Virus record (IMG/VR): IMGVR_UViG_3300013372_001471
Span: 1-64,000 of that record
From: a virus
DNA: 64,000 nt
Reading direction: 5' to 3' (one strand)
Below the pieces are notes generated by a model that made no database searches, was not told the DNA's origin, and saw nothing but the letters and a program-made list of their open reading frames with translations. How positions within the stretch are numbered: the stretch's first letter is position 1; every line of letters starts with the position of its first letter. Below, piece after piece: positions 9,330 through 20,069 of this stretch. The translations under genes were made by a program, and so were the position numbers.

Positions 9330-10306
9330 CTGCCTCCCAAAAAAGACATCCAATGATGTATCATTTCATCCATAGTTCCGTTAAAGGTGTATTCGGGCTT
9401 CCACCCTAATATCTTTCTTATGCGGGATGAATCACCTTTTAGATAAGGCAATTCTTCAGGTCTTAAAAACTTTTCATCTTGAATAACATAATCGCGATAA
9501 TCCAATTCCAATTTACCAAAAACGTATTCACACATCTCTCTAACGGAACGAGTTTCACCTGTTGCAACTACCCAATCATCTGGAGTATCTTGTTGTAATA
9601 TCATATGCATAGCCCTAACATAATCTTTTGAATGACCCCAATCTCTATATGAATCCAGATTACCTAATACCAATTTATCTTCTAATCCTAATTTTATTTT
9701 AACAGCAGTCTTTACAACTTTATTAGTTACAAAATTAGATCCACGTCTTGGTGATTCGTGATTAAAAAGAATACCGTTACTTGCATGTAAATTATATGCA
9801 TTTCTATAATTACGAACAATGTTGAATCCAAAAACCTTTGAACACCCATAAGGAGAAACTGGCTTCATTGGCGTTGTTTCTCTTTGAAATCCATCGTCAT
9901 CAACCGAACTACCAAACATTTCAGATGAAGATGCTTGATAAAATTTTGCATTAGGACATATTCTCCGGTAAGCATCCAGTATATTTAAGACACCAACTGC
10001 ATTAGTTTGAACAGTAAATTGTGGAATGTCATAACTTACTCTGACATGAGATTGGGCAGCAAGGTTGTATATTTCATCCGGCATAATATCCGCCAATAAT
10101 CTTTCCATACTAGATTGATCCAACAAGTCCCCATAGAATACTTTTATATCTTCATTTCCACCAGATAGACGGCTCTGTTGATGTTCCGGAACAGAGTTTC
10201 TTCTAATCATCCCATATACATCATAATCAAGTCCAACAAGATATTCTGCAAGATATGAACCGTCTTGTCCACCTATTCCAGTTATGAACGCCTTTTTCTT
10301 ACTCAT
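9326..10306 (-). CDS. gmd: GDP-mannose 4,6-dehydratase
   Basis: ITGIGGQDGSYLAE, LAAQSHV, FYQASSSE, NHESPRRG. Confidence 0.95.
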   Translation of the reverse strand: MSKKKAFITGIGGQDGSYLAEYLVGLDYDVYGMIRRNSVPEHQQSRLSGGNEDIKVFYGDLLDQSSMERLLADIMPDEIYNLAAQSHVRVSYDIPQFTVQTNAVGVLNILDAYRRICPNAKFYQASSSEMFGSSVDDDGFQRETTPMKPVSPYGCSKVFGFNIVRNYRNAYNLHASNGILFNHESPRRGSNFVTNKVVKTAVKIKLGLEDKLVLGNLDSYRDWGHSKDYVRAMHMILQQDTPDDWVVATGETRSVREMCEYVFGKLELDYRDYVIQDEKFLRPEELPYLKGDSSRIRKILGWKPEYTFNGTMDEMIHHWMSFLGGR

Positions 10307-10320
10307 ATTATTTTCCTATG

Positions 10321-10908
10321 TTATTTTTTGAATACTTCCATTTCAGTTAAATCTGGCCAATCCGATACAACCCATTGTCTCGGTTGTGTTTCTATTGCAG
10401 TTGGTAACTTATCCAATCCAAGTTTTGCAGTTTCGGGTGTCATATAATAATGATAACCAATCGTTGATATATTTTGTTCTCGCCAAGGAATAACGGGTAA
10501 TCTACCATCATAAGACATTTTCTTTATTTCAATAGCAGCATCTTCATCATCAAGTAAAATAATACCACCCCTACCCAATGATAAATGTTTTTGATATTGA
10601 AAACTAATACCCATCATTGTATTTGGTATGTAACTATTTTGTTTCCATAATACAGCAGCATCTACAATTCTATCTGTTACATAATAATAGTCTAACCAAT
10701 CTTCATCACGCCATTCCAATTCTATATTCAATTTACTAGCAAGGAATGGAATTGAAATATATGTGTGTTTCGGAACTGAAATTTTATTTACATCAGTATA
10801 ACGAAGAGCGAGTTCAATACCATGTGTGCAACTATCAACTGCGATTGCAAATGGTGCACCAAAAAACTTTGCAACTTCTTTTTCAAACTCTTGAACTATC
10901 TGAAACAT
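10321..10908 (-). CDS. Short DegT/DnrJ-family PLP sugar aminotransferase
   Basis: AVDSCT, DAA, SFQ..KHL..GRGG; only 195 aa. Confidence 0.8.
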   Translation of the reverse strand: MFQIVQEFEKEVAKFFGAPFAIAVDSCTHGIELALRYTDVNKISVPKHTYISIPFLASKLNIELEWRDEDWLDYYYVTDRIVDAAVLWKQNSYIPNTMMGISFQYQKHLSLGRGGIILLDDEDAAIEIKKMSYDGRLPVIPWREQNISTIGYHYYMTPETAKLGLDKLPTAIETQPRQWVVSDWPDLTEMEVFKK

Positions 10909-10916
10909 ATTACACC

Positions 10917-11825
10917 TTATTTTAATTTTTCTTTTAGATATGTTTTTATATTGTTATTATCATTACACCATTTGGTTGCATACTTTGCCTTTGTTTTCTC
11001 ACTAAACATTGGATGGTAGTATTGTTCACATCCACCAAAGAAATAATGAATGGCTTGTGTTAATCTTGTTTTATTCAAATCGGTAACACCTTCAATGTTT
11101 GAACCACCATGTAACATATTTGCAGCCCATATAAGAGCTTGACCTTTTTTTAGTTTTACAATATATGGATCAACACCACTATTTTCAATCAATGATTGTA
11201 TAAATGTTTCATATTCTCTATATGTAACTGCCTCACCATTTTCTATTGTATCTGGATGTGGTAATTTCAAATTATGATACTCATATGTTGGCCACTTATG
11301 ACTACCCGGAACTATCTTTAATGAACCGTTTGTTTCATCCACATCTTCAAACGCGACCCAAACACCACACATCCACAGACTAGGAACCGTATGAAAATGT
11401 ATAACATCACTATGCATAGGTTGGTTGCTTCCCTTAATAAAGTTTATTGTTGAAAACGGAAACGGCTCTTTACAATATAGAGTTGTCAATGCTTCAATTA
11501 TTTTAGGATGTAATGTAAGTTTAGCAATTTCATCACTTCTTTTCCATTGTTCAAAAATTCTTTTTGTATCGGTATATGTGAAATGATCTGCATGAAAAAC
11601 CGTTGAGTCACTATTCAGAGCATCATACATATCATGTAATATCGGTGTTATATCATCGTCTGTTAAATTTAGGTCAATGATAGCATATCCCTTCTCATAA
11701 AAATGTTTGCACATATCTTTTTGTTCTGGTGTTAAATCACAATTATCCAAAAGACTATAAAAGAATGGCGACTCTATCCAAGGAATGTCAAGTGCATCCT
11801 TATCTTTGAAATACTTTTCACTCAT
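10917..11825 (-). CDS. PhyH-family 2-oxoglutarate/Fe(II) dioxygenase
   Basis: HSD, WVAFED..NGSL..PGSH, LHGG, R. Confidence 0.85.
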   Translation of the reverse strand: MSEKYFKDKDALDIPWIESPFFYSLLDNCDLTPEQKDMCKHFYEKGYAIIDLNLTDDDITPILHDMYDALNSDSTVFHADHFTYTDTKRIFEQWKRSDEIAKLTLHPKIIEALTTLYCKEPFPFSTINFIKGSNQPMHSDVIHFHTVPSLWMCGVWVAFEDVDETNGSLKIVPGSHKWPTYEYHNLKLPHPDTIENGEAVTYREYETFIQSLIENSGVDPYIVKLKKGQALIWAANMLHGGSNIEGVTDLNKTRLTQAIHYFFGGCEQYYHPMFSEKTKAKYATKWCNDNNNIKTYLKEKLK

Positions 11826-12357
11826 AATTTTCTCCTAATAACTCTTTAGCACTTTCTAAAATTCTATTCTTATCTCTAATTTTTATTGGTCTAGCAGGAC
11901 TACCAGCATATATCATCCAAGGTTCTGTATCCTTTGTTACAACAGAATTTGCACCAACAATACTACCTTCACCAAGAGTAACGCCTGGTAGAACACTACA
12001 ATTCACCCCAAGAGTTGAAAACCTTTTGAATGTTACTGGTAAGTTTACAACAGTTCTATGTTCAATCGGAACAACGGGAGAAATAAGACCTTGACTGAAA
12101 TCATCGGTTGCACAAACTATTCTTCCACCGGAACCTATATTTGTAAAATCTTCCATTATTAGTTTAGCAGATGCACCACCAATGATTGAAACACTTGGAG
12201 CAATGTGTATGTAGTTTCCCAAAATTGCCTGTGTTGAAATATATGTCCACATATCTATTGCAATGTGATTTCCAATCTCAACTAATTCCGGTCTAGTTAT
12301 TATACATTGTTCGTGTATACGAACATCTGTTCCATATTTTTTTAATCTATCTAACAT
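11818..12357 (-). CDS. Left-handed beta-helix acyltransferase
   Basis: Hexapeptide repeats, GANSVVTKD, GSPARP. Confidence 0.85.
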   Translation of the reverse strand: MLDRLKKYGTDVRIHEQCIITRPELVEIGNHIAIDMWTYISTQAILGNYIHIAPSVSIIGGASAKLIMEDFTNIGSGGRIVCATDDFSQGLISPVVPIEHRTVVNLPVTFKRFSTLGVNCSVLPGVTLGEGSIVGANSVVTKDTEPWMIYAGSPARPIKIRDKNRILESAKELLGENYE

Positions 12358-12360
12358 AAA

Positions 12361-13305
12361 TCAATCCGCATTGTTTATCAATATAGAACCCCATGCCCAT
12401 CCAGAACCTATTGCAGTTAAAATTATTTTATCACCTTTGTCTATTTCTCCACCCTTAATTGCCTCGTCAAGTGCAATAGGAATTGATGCACCTGCAATGT
12501 TTGCATATTTGTGCATAACAGTTTTAACTTTTTCCATAGGTAGTCCAACTTCTTTAGCAACAATTTTTAATATGTTTATACTTGGTTGATGTGGGACTAA
12601 CATTTTAATTTCAGAAACATCCGTATTTGTTTTTTCCAAAACACTTTTGATTGATGGGGGTAATACTTCTATTGCCTGATCCCAAACTTGTTTACCAATC
12701 ATGTTGAACGTTTCACCTGGATTAAGATTAAATCCTGTCATTCCTGTTCCTGATCCATTTGCTAGTATTTCAGAATACAGCCAACCATTTTCGGATTTAC
12801 CCAACAAAACTGCTCCTGCACCATCACCAAAGAATACAGAGTGTTTGTGATCCCAATCTGTTATTTTAGAATAAGCTTCGGTTGCAATAACGAGAACATT
12901 ATTATACACACCACTACTGATAAATGTAGCACCGATAGTTAATGCATAAACAAATCCAGAACAAACCGCATTTATATCAAATGCTGGCACATTCTTTTTT
13001 ATACCGAGTTTGTTATGTATTATACAGGCAGTTGATGGTGATATTTTTTCAGGACTTGAAGTTGCAACTATTATCAAATCTAAATCTTCTTTATCCACAC
13101 CGGAACTCTCCAATACAGACAATGCAACTTTCAATCCCATATCAGACGGTAATTCATTTTCAACAACACGTCTTTCATCTATCCCAAGTTTTTCTTTTAC
13201 CCATTCGTGAGTAGTATCTACTCTCGATTCAATTTCATAATTGGTAACAATCTTTTCAGGAAGATAAGAACTTGTGCCCTTTATTTTAACATTTTCAAAT
13301 TTCAT
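12361..13305 (-). CDS. fabH: 3-oxoacyl-ACP synthase III (FabH-like)
   Basis: Cys-His-Asn triad AVCSGF, PHQ, YANIAGAS; FGDGAGA. Confidence 0.9.
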   Translation of the reverse strand: MKFENVKIKGTSSYLPEKIVTNYEIESRVDTTHEWVKEKLGIDERRVVENELPSDMGLKVALSVLESSGVDKEDLDLIIVATSSPEKISPSTACIIHNKLGIKKNVPAFDINAVCSGFVYALTIGATFISSGVYNNVLVIATEAYSKITDWDHKHSVFFGDGAGAVLLGKSENGWLYSEILANGSGTGMTGFNLNPGETFNMIGKQVWDQAIEVLPPSIKSVLEKTNTDVSEIKMLVPHQPSINILKIVAKEVGLPMEKVKTVMHKYANIAGASIPIALDEAIKGGEIDKGDKIILTAIGSGWAWGSILINNAD

Positions 13306-13721
13306 TCTTTCTCCAAGAAAACTTTATCAAGTTTCTGCCCCTCATATGGTCCAGTTTTGTATTCATATACAAATGTATCATCTTCAAGAATATAATAGTT
13401 GTGTCCACCTTCAAGTGTAAAACTTGCATCACCAGGATAAAGAATTGGCTCAGCTATAACTACATCATCAATATCATATAAAATACATTTCACACTACCA
13501 CGAACAACTATCCAACTTTCTTGTGCAATAACATTGCGTGTTCTTTCTTTCCAAATATGTTTATGTGGTTTGAAAGTTTTACCTTCTTCCATTTGTAGTA
13601 TAGAACATTGTATGAATTGATTTTCCTCAACAATGTCTTGTCTACCTGGTTTGAAATCTTCTTTACGAACAATAATGTGAAGCAGTTTTTCTGGCTCAAC
13701 CTTTGAGTATATTTTCTCCAT
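13302..13721 (-). CDS. Cupin protein (WbuC-like)
   Basis: PHKH...QE...GGH...EYKTGPY. Confidence 0.7.
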   Translation of the reverse strand: MEKIYSKVEPEKLLHIIVRKEDFKPGRQDIVEENQFIQCSILQMEEGKTFKPHKHIWKERTRNVIAQESWIVVRGSVKCILYDIDDVVIAEPILYPGDASFTLEGGHNYYILEDDTFVYEYKTGPYEGQKLDKVFLEKE

Positions 13722-13722
13722 T

Positions 13723-14352
13723 TCAATTATCCTCTAATCTTTTCAAAATAGTCATTCTATATTCGGTATCATATCCTTTAACAATGGACCAATTGTGGTT
13801 ACTTTGTAAGAAATCAATGATTGTGTCTTCAACATAATTTAAGTTGCCGGAAGTATTCTGTAATAAATCCTCTCTCATATTCGAGACAAACTTATTATCA
13901 TTTATTACAATATATTTTTTAACCATACTCTGGATTGATGATATGGTTTCTGATAAATTATTAACGGTATTATCGGTATGTATGAAAACCATATCTACTA
14001 TTTCACCAATATCTAAAAACGGTGGTCTTACTATTACTTCAAAAGAAATACCACAGTATTTTGAAATATCATTTAGGTAATATATTTTCTTATTCATTTT
14101 ATCCAACCAAATGGATCTAAATGATTTTTCTAAACCGTTTTTATTTGATAACAAACCATTTATCATGCACCATGAGAATGTTATTTTATCATCGGGATGT
14201 ATAGTTATTAACTCAACAATGTTATTACATTCTTCTGACAAAGAACTCAATGTATTACAATAAGGAAATGTATCTATGTCAGACATGCAAACATTAAAAA
14301 ACTTTTCAGTAATTATTTTATTCGATATGATTTCTTTGTTATCCATTATCAC
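13723..14352 (-). CDS. Divergent class I methyltransferase-like protein
   Basis: DMVFIH, KKYIVIND, W..G...MTILKR pattern; SAM motif degenerate. Confidence 0.4.
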   Translation of the reverse strand: MIMDNKEIISNKIITEKFFNVCMSDIDTFPYCNTLSSLSEECNNIVELITIHPDDKITFSWCMINGLLSNKNGLEKSFRSIWLDKMNKKIYYLNDISKYCGISFEVIVRPPFLDIGEIVDMVFIHTDNTVNNLSETISSIQSMVKKYIVINDNKFVSNMREDLLQNTSGNLNYVEDTIIDFLQSNHNWSIVKGYDTEYRMTILKRLEDN

Positions 14353-15209
14353 AGTATAAGTTTTTTTATTTCTTCAATAACTTCATCATCACTAATATAA
14401 GGATTTAGAGTGACATGGCCAAATTCTGGAAAATAAAATTTTGGTCCCAATTTAGGTTCTTCATTTTTTTCTATTACACCGTTCCATCCATACAGTTGAT
14501 GAACAAAATCTCCCGTTATTATAGTTTTAATACCAAGACCTGCAGCGATATTAGACAAACCACCTTCAGCGCCTATAAAGTAATCACAATTTTTAATAAC
14601 GGATGCGGTCAATGTTAATTCACTAACTGCTGTTATTTCCGATGTTTTTTGATCAAAACCATTTGGTTTACCCACTGGTATCAATAATACATTATCATTT
14701 TTATTTAAGGTTTCCAATATATGATTTATGTTTCTTCTCTTTCCACCATAGCCCAAATTAGGGACATCAATTCCGGTGTTATATTCTTCTTCTGTAAATA
14801 AGAAACTTTTTTCTTCCCAATTTGTTTGAACAGCAACTAGTATATTTTTTTCGTTTTTGTATGAAGAAAATGCATCTTTAACTAACTTATCGGTTGATTT
14901 ATTAGTATAAACATTATAGTCAGTATCAACATTTTCAATCCCACATTGAATTTGGAACTGTTCTATTGGAGTTGATTTTCTATTTATAGGTTTGAGTTGA
15001 TGTATTACATTGTAAACGGATTCATCACATTCTGAATAATAAACATCATCTATGTATGGGTTGTTAAACATCAATTCAAATGGTGCAAGAATAGATATTT
15101 GAAAATCTACTTGACAATCATTACCATGTTTTTCCTTTAACTTTTTTGCAATTGATGATGCAAATATATTATCACCAATAAATCCAATAGTCTTTACTAA
15201 AATTTTCAT
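14349..15209 (-). CDS. GT9-like GT-B glycosyltransferase
   Basis: IGD near N-terminus, NNPYID, FIGAEGGLSNIAAGLG. Confidence 0.75.
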   Translation of the reverse strand: MKILVKTIGFIGDNIFASSIAKKLKEKHGNDCQVDFQISILAPFELMFNNPYIDDVYYSECDESVYNVIHQLKPINRKSTPIEQFQIQCGIENVDTDYNVYTNKSTDKLVKDAFSSYKNEKNILVAVQTNWEEKSFLFTEEEYNTGIDVPNLGYGGKRRNINHILETLNKNDNVLLIPVGKPNGFDQKTSEITAVSELTLTASVIKNCDYFIGAEGGLSNIAAGLGIKTIITGDFVHQLYGWNGVIEKNEEPKLGPKFYFPEFGHVTLNPYISDDEVIEEIKKLIL

Positions 15210-15919
15210 AACTCATTCTCACTATAAACAAAATTATTTACTTTCAACCAACGAACATCGCTACCTGCATCAAACTCTATACAATCTGCCGATACATTTT
15301 CATACCCAAAAGATATATTTTCTTTTATCTGATAGAGTAGTTTATGATTGTTTATGAAATCAACATCATCGTCTGCAGGTTTACTGTCTTCGTGATAAAG
15401 TGCATAAAATAGCCCATCATTTCTTTTCCATTCATAACCGTGTAGTCTTAATCTTTCCCGCGTATCATCATCTTCTTTACCCCAACCGCGATAGTATGGA
15501 TTCAAACCATTTACTTTTTGAAATAAGTTTCTATGTAAAACAAAAACACCACCAGAGTGATCACCAACATCCACATGAAAGTTTCTATAACCAGCGGGTA
15601 TATCTTCATATTTTCTCTCTACATCATTTGCATCCAGAAATTTTACTCTACCAACTGGATATAAAGGAGTATCTTCATCTGTATCATAGGAAACTCCAGA
15701 CGCAGGATAGTAATCTACATCGTGAAAAATAAACAACTCGCCATTTGCCCTTTTAGCTGCTATATTATACAAAGAGTTTTTCTGAAACTTATCGTTGTCA
15801 TCCTGTTCAACAATAATTATTTCATAATCACCTTTACGAAAAATATCATGCAGTCTTGGCAAAAGTTTTATTAAATGAGGTTCTCTGTCTCTGTAAGATA
15901 TTATTATAGAGTATTTCAT
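15206..15919 (-). CDS. GT7-like (galactosyltransferase-type) glycosyltransferase
   Basis: YRDR..HL, FHDVD, NG....GWGKEDDD. Confidence 0.85.
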   Translation of the reverse strand: MKYSIIISYRDREPHLIKLLPRLHDIFRKGDYEIIIVEQDDNDKFQKNSLYNIAAKRANGELFIFHDVDYYPASGVSYDTDEDTPLYPVGRVKFLDANDVERKYEDIPAGYRNFHVDVGDHSGGVFVLHRNLFQKVNGLNPYYRGWGKEDDDTRERLRLHGYEWKRNDGLFYALYHEDSKPADDDVDFINNHKLLYQIKENISFGYENVSADCIEFDAGSDVRWLKVNNFVYSENEL

Positions 15920-16677
15920 AATCTATCATATTGGTGAACAATAAAATATCTATCTAACGTATTCATGTCAAAGGTAACAAACCCTTTAGCAATAACATCA
16001 AGATGCACTGCAAAGTTATTACTTAAATCTGTGAACATAACATCATCTTTGTATGTGGTCTGTATTAAATAATTAAATGATGTTTGATCAGCAACAAGTT
16101 TTTTACCAATAGACATAAGATATATGTCTCTACATATGTTACGAACATAATGTCCACATCCACCGAAAACACCAACATTGTAAACTTCTTTATCAATCAA
16201 TGTATCAGTTCCAATTCCACCTAAATTAACAAACAAGTGCCTTTTATTCCAATCTTCGTTTTCATACTTAACAACTTCACTTGAAGCAATTATCAAGTTA
16301 TGAGGAACATACTCGAATGGATCTCTATTAAAATAAACATCCCTAACATCAGTAATCAAAACTTTATCATATTCGGTATCGTTTAGTATTTGCCATATAT
16401 GAAAAAATCTAACATTATGAACCAAATTATATGATGACTCTAAATCATTATTTGCAGTATTTGTTTCAAACTTTGTTGTATATTGCCCATACATATCAAA
16501 CTCCGGGACAATAACATCTATATTCTTTGATAATAGATACTCGGATAACTCACTATTTGTATTGTTATAGAGTAATAGTATTCGTTCACACCCAAATATA
16601 TTTGATGATTCTACCCATCTATCAACATCCTTTATGCCATAGTTTCCACTAATCGCACCTATCAATAAATTTCTCAT
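15916..16677 (-). CDS. GT-A glycosyltransferase-like protein
   Basis: TDVRDV.F..DPF, N.G, DQ..FN, VHQYDR. Confidence 0.7.
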   Translation of the reverse strand: MRNLLIGAISGNYGIKDVDRWVESSNIFGCERILLLYNNTNSELSEYLLSKNIDVIVPEFDMYGQYTTKFETNTANNDLESSYNLVHNVRFFHIWQILNDTEYDKVLITDVRDVYFNRDPFEYVPHNLIIASSEVVKYENEDWNKRHLFVNLGGIGTDTLIDKEVYNVGVFGGCGHYVRNICRDIYLMSIGKKLVADQTSFNYLIQTTYKDDVMFTDLSNNFAVHLDVIAKGFVTFDMNTLDRYFIVHQYDRL

Positions 16678-17309
16678 AAATCATTTCCCATGTTTGCATA
16701 AAAACTATTCTGTGCTTCTTGTTTGTGAATAGACTTCATATGATATAGACAATATGCCTCATCTTCTGGTAAATTTGTATAACTATTGTATCCAGATATT
16801 CTCTCATGCACTTTATTTTTCCATGATATTGTATCTATATTTTTGTATATTCTAGTTTGATAATCTGGCCAATTAACTCTTTCTTCATCATCAAATCTCC
16901 ATCCCCATTTTTCAATATGGTTGGGTGTGATGTCAAAAACAGTATTCCATCTTGGAACTAAAAACATATCTACTTCATCATTACTTTCAAGTATAGACTT
17001 CAAATTAGCAAGAAGAAATTGTGAAGGAACTTCATCGGCATCTATATTGAATATCCATTTTTTTGAACAGTATTTTTTCAAATTGTTTTTGAATCTTGAA
17101 AAATCATTATCCAAAGGAAATTCTATGACAACCATGTTTTTTATGGTTTCAAGATATTGATCAACAACATCTTTTATTTCAGTTGTTAGTTTTTCGCTAT
17201 CAAGTTGTATTACCAATTCATCATCGTCAGTAATATAATTTGAAAGTGTATCTAACAAAATCAATAACTCTTTTTCTTCATTGCATGCGGTTACTGTATA
17301 TGAAATCAT
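16674..17309 (-). CDS. GT2-family glycosyltransferase
   Basis: IDADE, WPDYQTR, VHE. Confidence 0.85.
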   Translation of the reverse strand: MISYTVTACNEEKELLILLDTLSNYITDDDELVIQLDSEKLTTEIKDVVDQYLETIKNMVVIEFPLDNDFSRFKNNLKKYCSKKWIFNIDADEVPSQFLLANLKSILESNDEVDMFLVPRWNTVFDITPNHIEKWGWRFDDEERVNWPDYQTRIYKNIDTISWKNKVHERISGYNSYTNLPEDEAYCLYHMKSIHKQEAQNSFYANMGNDL

Positions 17310-18625
17310 TTTGTTTCCTCTTTTTTAAGTTTTGTTAATTTCGGAAGTTCTTTTAATTGAGGAAGATTTATTTTCATTCTTTCTGCAAATTTAGGAACAC
17401 GGTTCTCTAATAATGTATTGAACTTTTCATGCATTGCATCGTATGACCATTTCGATTTCATTTGTTGTATATTCTTTTTTGAAGACATTACCATTGTAGA
17501 ATAATTCCGATACACCTTATCTAGCATTTTGGCTGCAAATTGGTAATCAACTGTAAACCATTTTGAACCTGCATTTATTACACTTTCCCAAACAGAAGAA
17601 TGATGAACATTCCGTAAATCGCCTTTTAATAAAGTATTAAATTTTTCATCAACAAAATCTAGTTGACCGCTCCATCCAGAAACAAGCACAGGTTTTCCGG
17701 TTGTCATAAACTCTGCAATGGGTCTACCATAACCTTCACCTTTTGTGAATGAAACAAATGCCTTTATCTTTGGATGATTGTATAATGAGTTCATTTCTTT
17801 TTCATTCAAGTCACCGTGTAGAACATAAACATTAGGCAAATGTTTCTTTTTACTCATGTGTCTTATTAAATTAACCTTTTCAATAATTCTACTTCTGTCA
17901 GTAACAGAAAATGTTCCTGATGATGTTTTCAAAACAAGTGCAGGTGGATTAGGCGAATCACCAAATGTTTCAAAGAAAGTATGCACTAATCCAGATACAT
18001 CTTTTCTATCTTCACCGAAATCACCTTTCATCCAATGACCAACAAATAGAAATGCAAAATTTTCTTTAATTGCATCAAGTTCTTCTTTTACCGATGGTTC
18101 TATTTCAATATCTTTATCATATATTTCAGTTCTAACACCTTCGTGTAAAACTTCTATTGGAACATTGACTGTTAGTTTACCAACAACCTGATTTGTTTGT
18201 TTATCTCTTTTTTCATATTGAGTGTTTTCAAATACCCACTTTGCATGATTGGATGGAACAATAACCATGTTCATTCTATTACAACCTTCTATAAATTCAG
18301 GCGAACAAACATCTGTTTCTATTCCGGCAGTTATACCTATATTATATTTACCAACTGGATTAAATTCATTTGGTATAGTGCATTGCATCCAAATATCCGG
18401 TTGAGACTGCAACTGCCCTTTCTCTATCAAATCTAAAATCTGTTTATGTTCTGCATTGTTTTCATCCAATGCATTCATTGGAGTGTTTCCCCAATTTATA
18501 GATATAATTTTTATTCTAAACTTATTCATTTTAATTAGCGATAATACTAAATCTCTAGCATGAGATCCATATCCACTAACAGTAGTAACTGGTCCACAAA
18601 AAACTAATTCTGGTTTGTAACTCAT
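17306..18625 (-). CDS. GT4-family glycosyltransferase
   Basis: SGYG, RKD, KGEGYGRP..E. Confidence 0.85.
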   Translation of the reverse strand: MSYKPELVFCGPVTTVSGYGSHARDLVLSLIKMNKFRIKIISINWGNTPMNALDENNAEHKQILDLIEKGQLQSQPDIWMQCTIPNEFNPVGKYNIGITAGIETDVCSPEFIEGCNRMNMVIVPSNHAKWVFENTQYEKRDKQTNQVVGKLTVNVPIEVLHEGVRTEIYDKDIEIEPSVKEELDAIKENFAFLFVGHWMKGDFGEDRKDVSGLVHTFFETFGDSPNPPALVLKTSSGTFSVTDRSRIIEKVNLIRHMSKKKHLPNVYVLHGDLNEKEMNSLYNHPKIKAFVSFTKGEGYGRPIAEFMTTGKPVLVSGWSGQLDFVDEKFNTLLKGDLRNVHHSSVWESVINAGSKWFTVDYQFAAKMLDKVYRNYSTMVMSSKKNIQQMKSKWSYDAMHEKFNTLLENRVPKFAERMKINLPQLKELPKLTKLKKEETK

Positions 18626-18635
18626 TTTTATATCC

Positions 18636-20060
18636 TCACGCTAAATGTAATCCAAATCTTTTTCTTTTATTGAAGTTAGCAAATGTATTATTTACATCAT
18701 TGATAATTCTATTTCCCATGTGTTCAATACTCATACCAACCTTTTCTTCCATAATAAACTCACGACCTTTTTTACCGGCCTCTTTTCTTTCTTCTTTTGG
18801 TGTTGTATACCATTCATAAATCGCCTGACCAATATCTCTGAAATCTGCACGGTCATCAAAAATGTATGGCGTTGGAACGGAACCTTGTAATGATATATTT
18901 GAAGGCCAAACTGGCTTCACCCAATCACCATGTTTCAAATTACCCCAAACGTCTTTTCTGTGTAATGTATGTATTTTAATATAATCATCTTCTGTAAAAT
19001 AATCATTTGTGTCTGGATTGATAAACCCACATTGGTCTTGCATACCGCCGGTAACATTCACAACAATAGGTGTCCCAGCAGCAAGTGCCTCTGCAGTTCC
19101 TAATCCAAATCCCTCATTTGATGCCATATTGATAACAACATCAGCACAGTTATACATTACATTTAATTTGTCTGACGGGATTACTTTATCATCAAATAAA
19201 ACTTTGTATTCGTTACATAGCTCACCAATCAAAGCAATTAAATCTGTTCCGTTTGGATCGATTGGTTGTGTGTGCATTAACAATAAACAATCGTCACTTG
19301 CATTACCACCATTCTTATCAACCAATTGACAAAAGTGTTTGTAAGCAAGAACAACGTCACCCGGATGTTTACGGTGAATGTTTCTATTGTTCCACATTAC
19401 AATAAACTTATTTTTATTGTCACCACGCAATCTTAAATTTTCAAATTTAAGTGCCTCGTAAAAATTATGCTTTTCATCAATAGGTGTGAATATATTTGTG
19501 TTTATACCGTGTGGAACATATGTTATTCTACGGTTTGAAACATCATCACCTACCCTATTGAATATCCTATTGTTTATACCGTATGTTTGTTTTGAAATTG
19601 CCATCAACAAATCACAACTTGTATATGCATCTTTATTCCACATTGGATCGGTGGCGGTATCACCAACTAAACCAGCTCCATCCCATATGTTCAAATACAT
19701 TAGCGGAATCTTCTGACGTATTTCATGTTCCATATCATATAACCATCCCCAAAATCTTGGATCAGTAAAGTGGAGAATTGCATCCGGCTTTTCATCTTCA
19801 ATCAATCTACGAATTAAAAATGGATCACCGTAACCATCATTACAATATATTCTTACATACGCATCTTCTATTCCATGATTTGTTCTCAAATCTTCTGATA
19901 GGTCTAGGATTTTGCCTTTATCTGGATGATTTATAGCGGCACCAACTTGAATCCAATCAAATTCTTTTGCAGTCCCAATAACTATATCTCGCGATACAGT
20001 TGCGATACCTGATGTTAGTCGCATATCATCTGACAACAATAATATCTTTTTCTTTGCCAT
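18636..20060 (-). CDS. GT4-family glycosyltransferase
   Basis: SGIA, PHG, NRN..RK, NEGFGL...EA. Confidence 0.85.
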   Translation of the reverse strand: MAKKKILLLSDDMRLTSGIATVSRDIVIGTAKEFDWIQVGAAINHPDKGKILDLSEDLRTNHGIEDAYVRIYCNDGYGDPFLIRRLIEDEKPDAILHFTDPRFWGWLYDMEHEIRQKIPLMYLNIWDGAGLVGDTATDPMWNKDAYTSCDLLMAISKQTYGINNRIFNRVGDDVSNRRITYVPHGINTNIFTPIDEKHNFYEALKFENLRLRGDNKNKFIVMWNNRNIHRKHPGDVVLAYKHFCQLVDKNGGNASDDCLLLMHTQPIDPNGTDLIALIGELCNEYKVLFDDKVIPSDKLNVMYNCADVVINMASNEGFGLGTAEALAAGTPIVVNVTGGMQDQCGFINPDTNDYFTEDDYIKIHTLHRKDVWGNLKHGDWVKPVWPSNISLQGSVPTPYIFDDRADFRDIGQAIYEWYTTPKEERKEAGKKGREFIMEEKVGMSIEHMGNRIINDVNNTFANFNKRKRFGLHLA

Positions 20061-20069
20061 GTGAAACCT

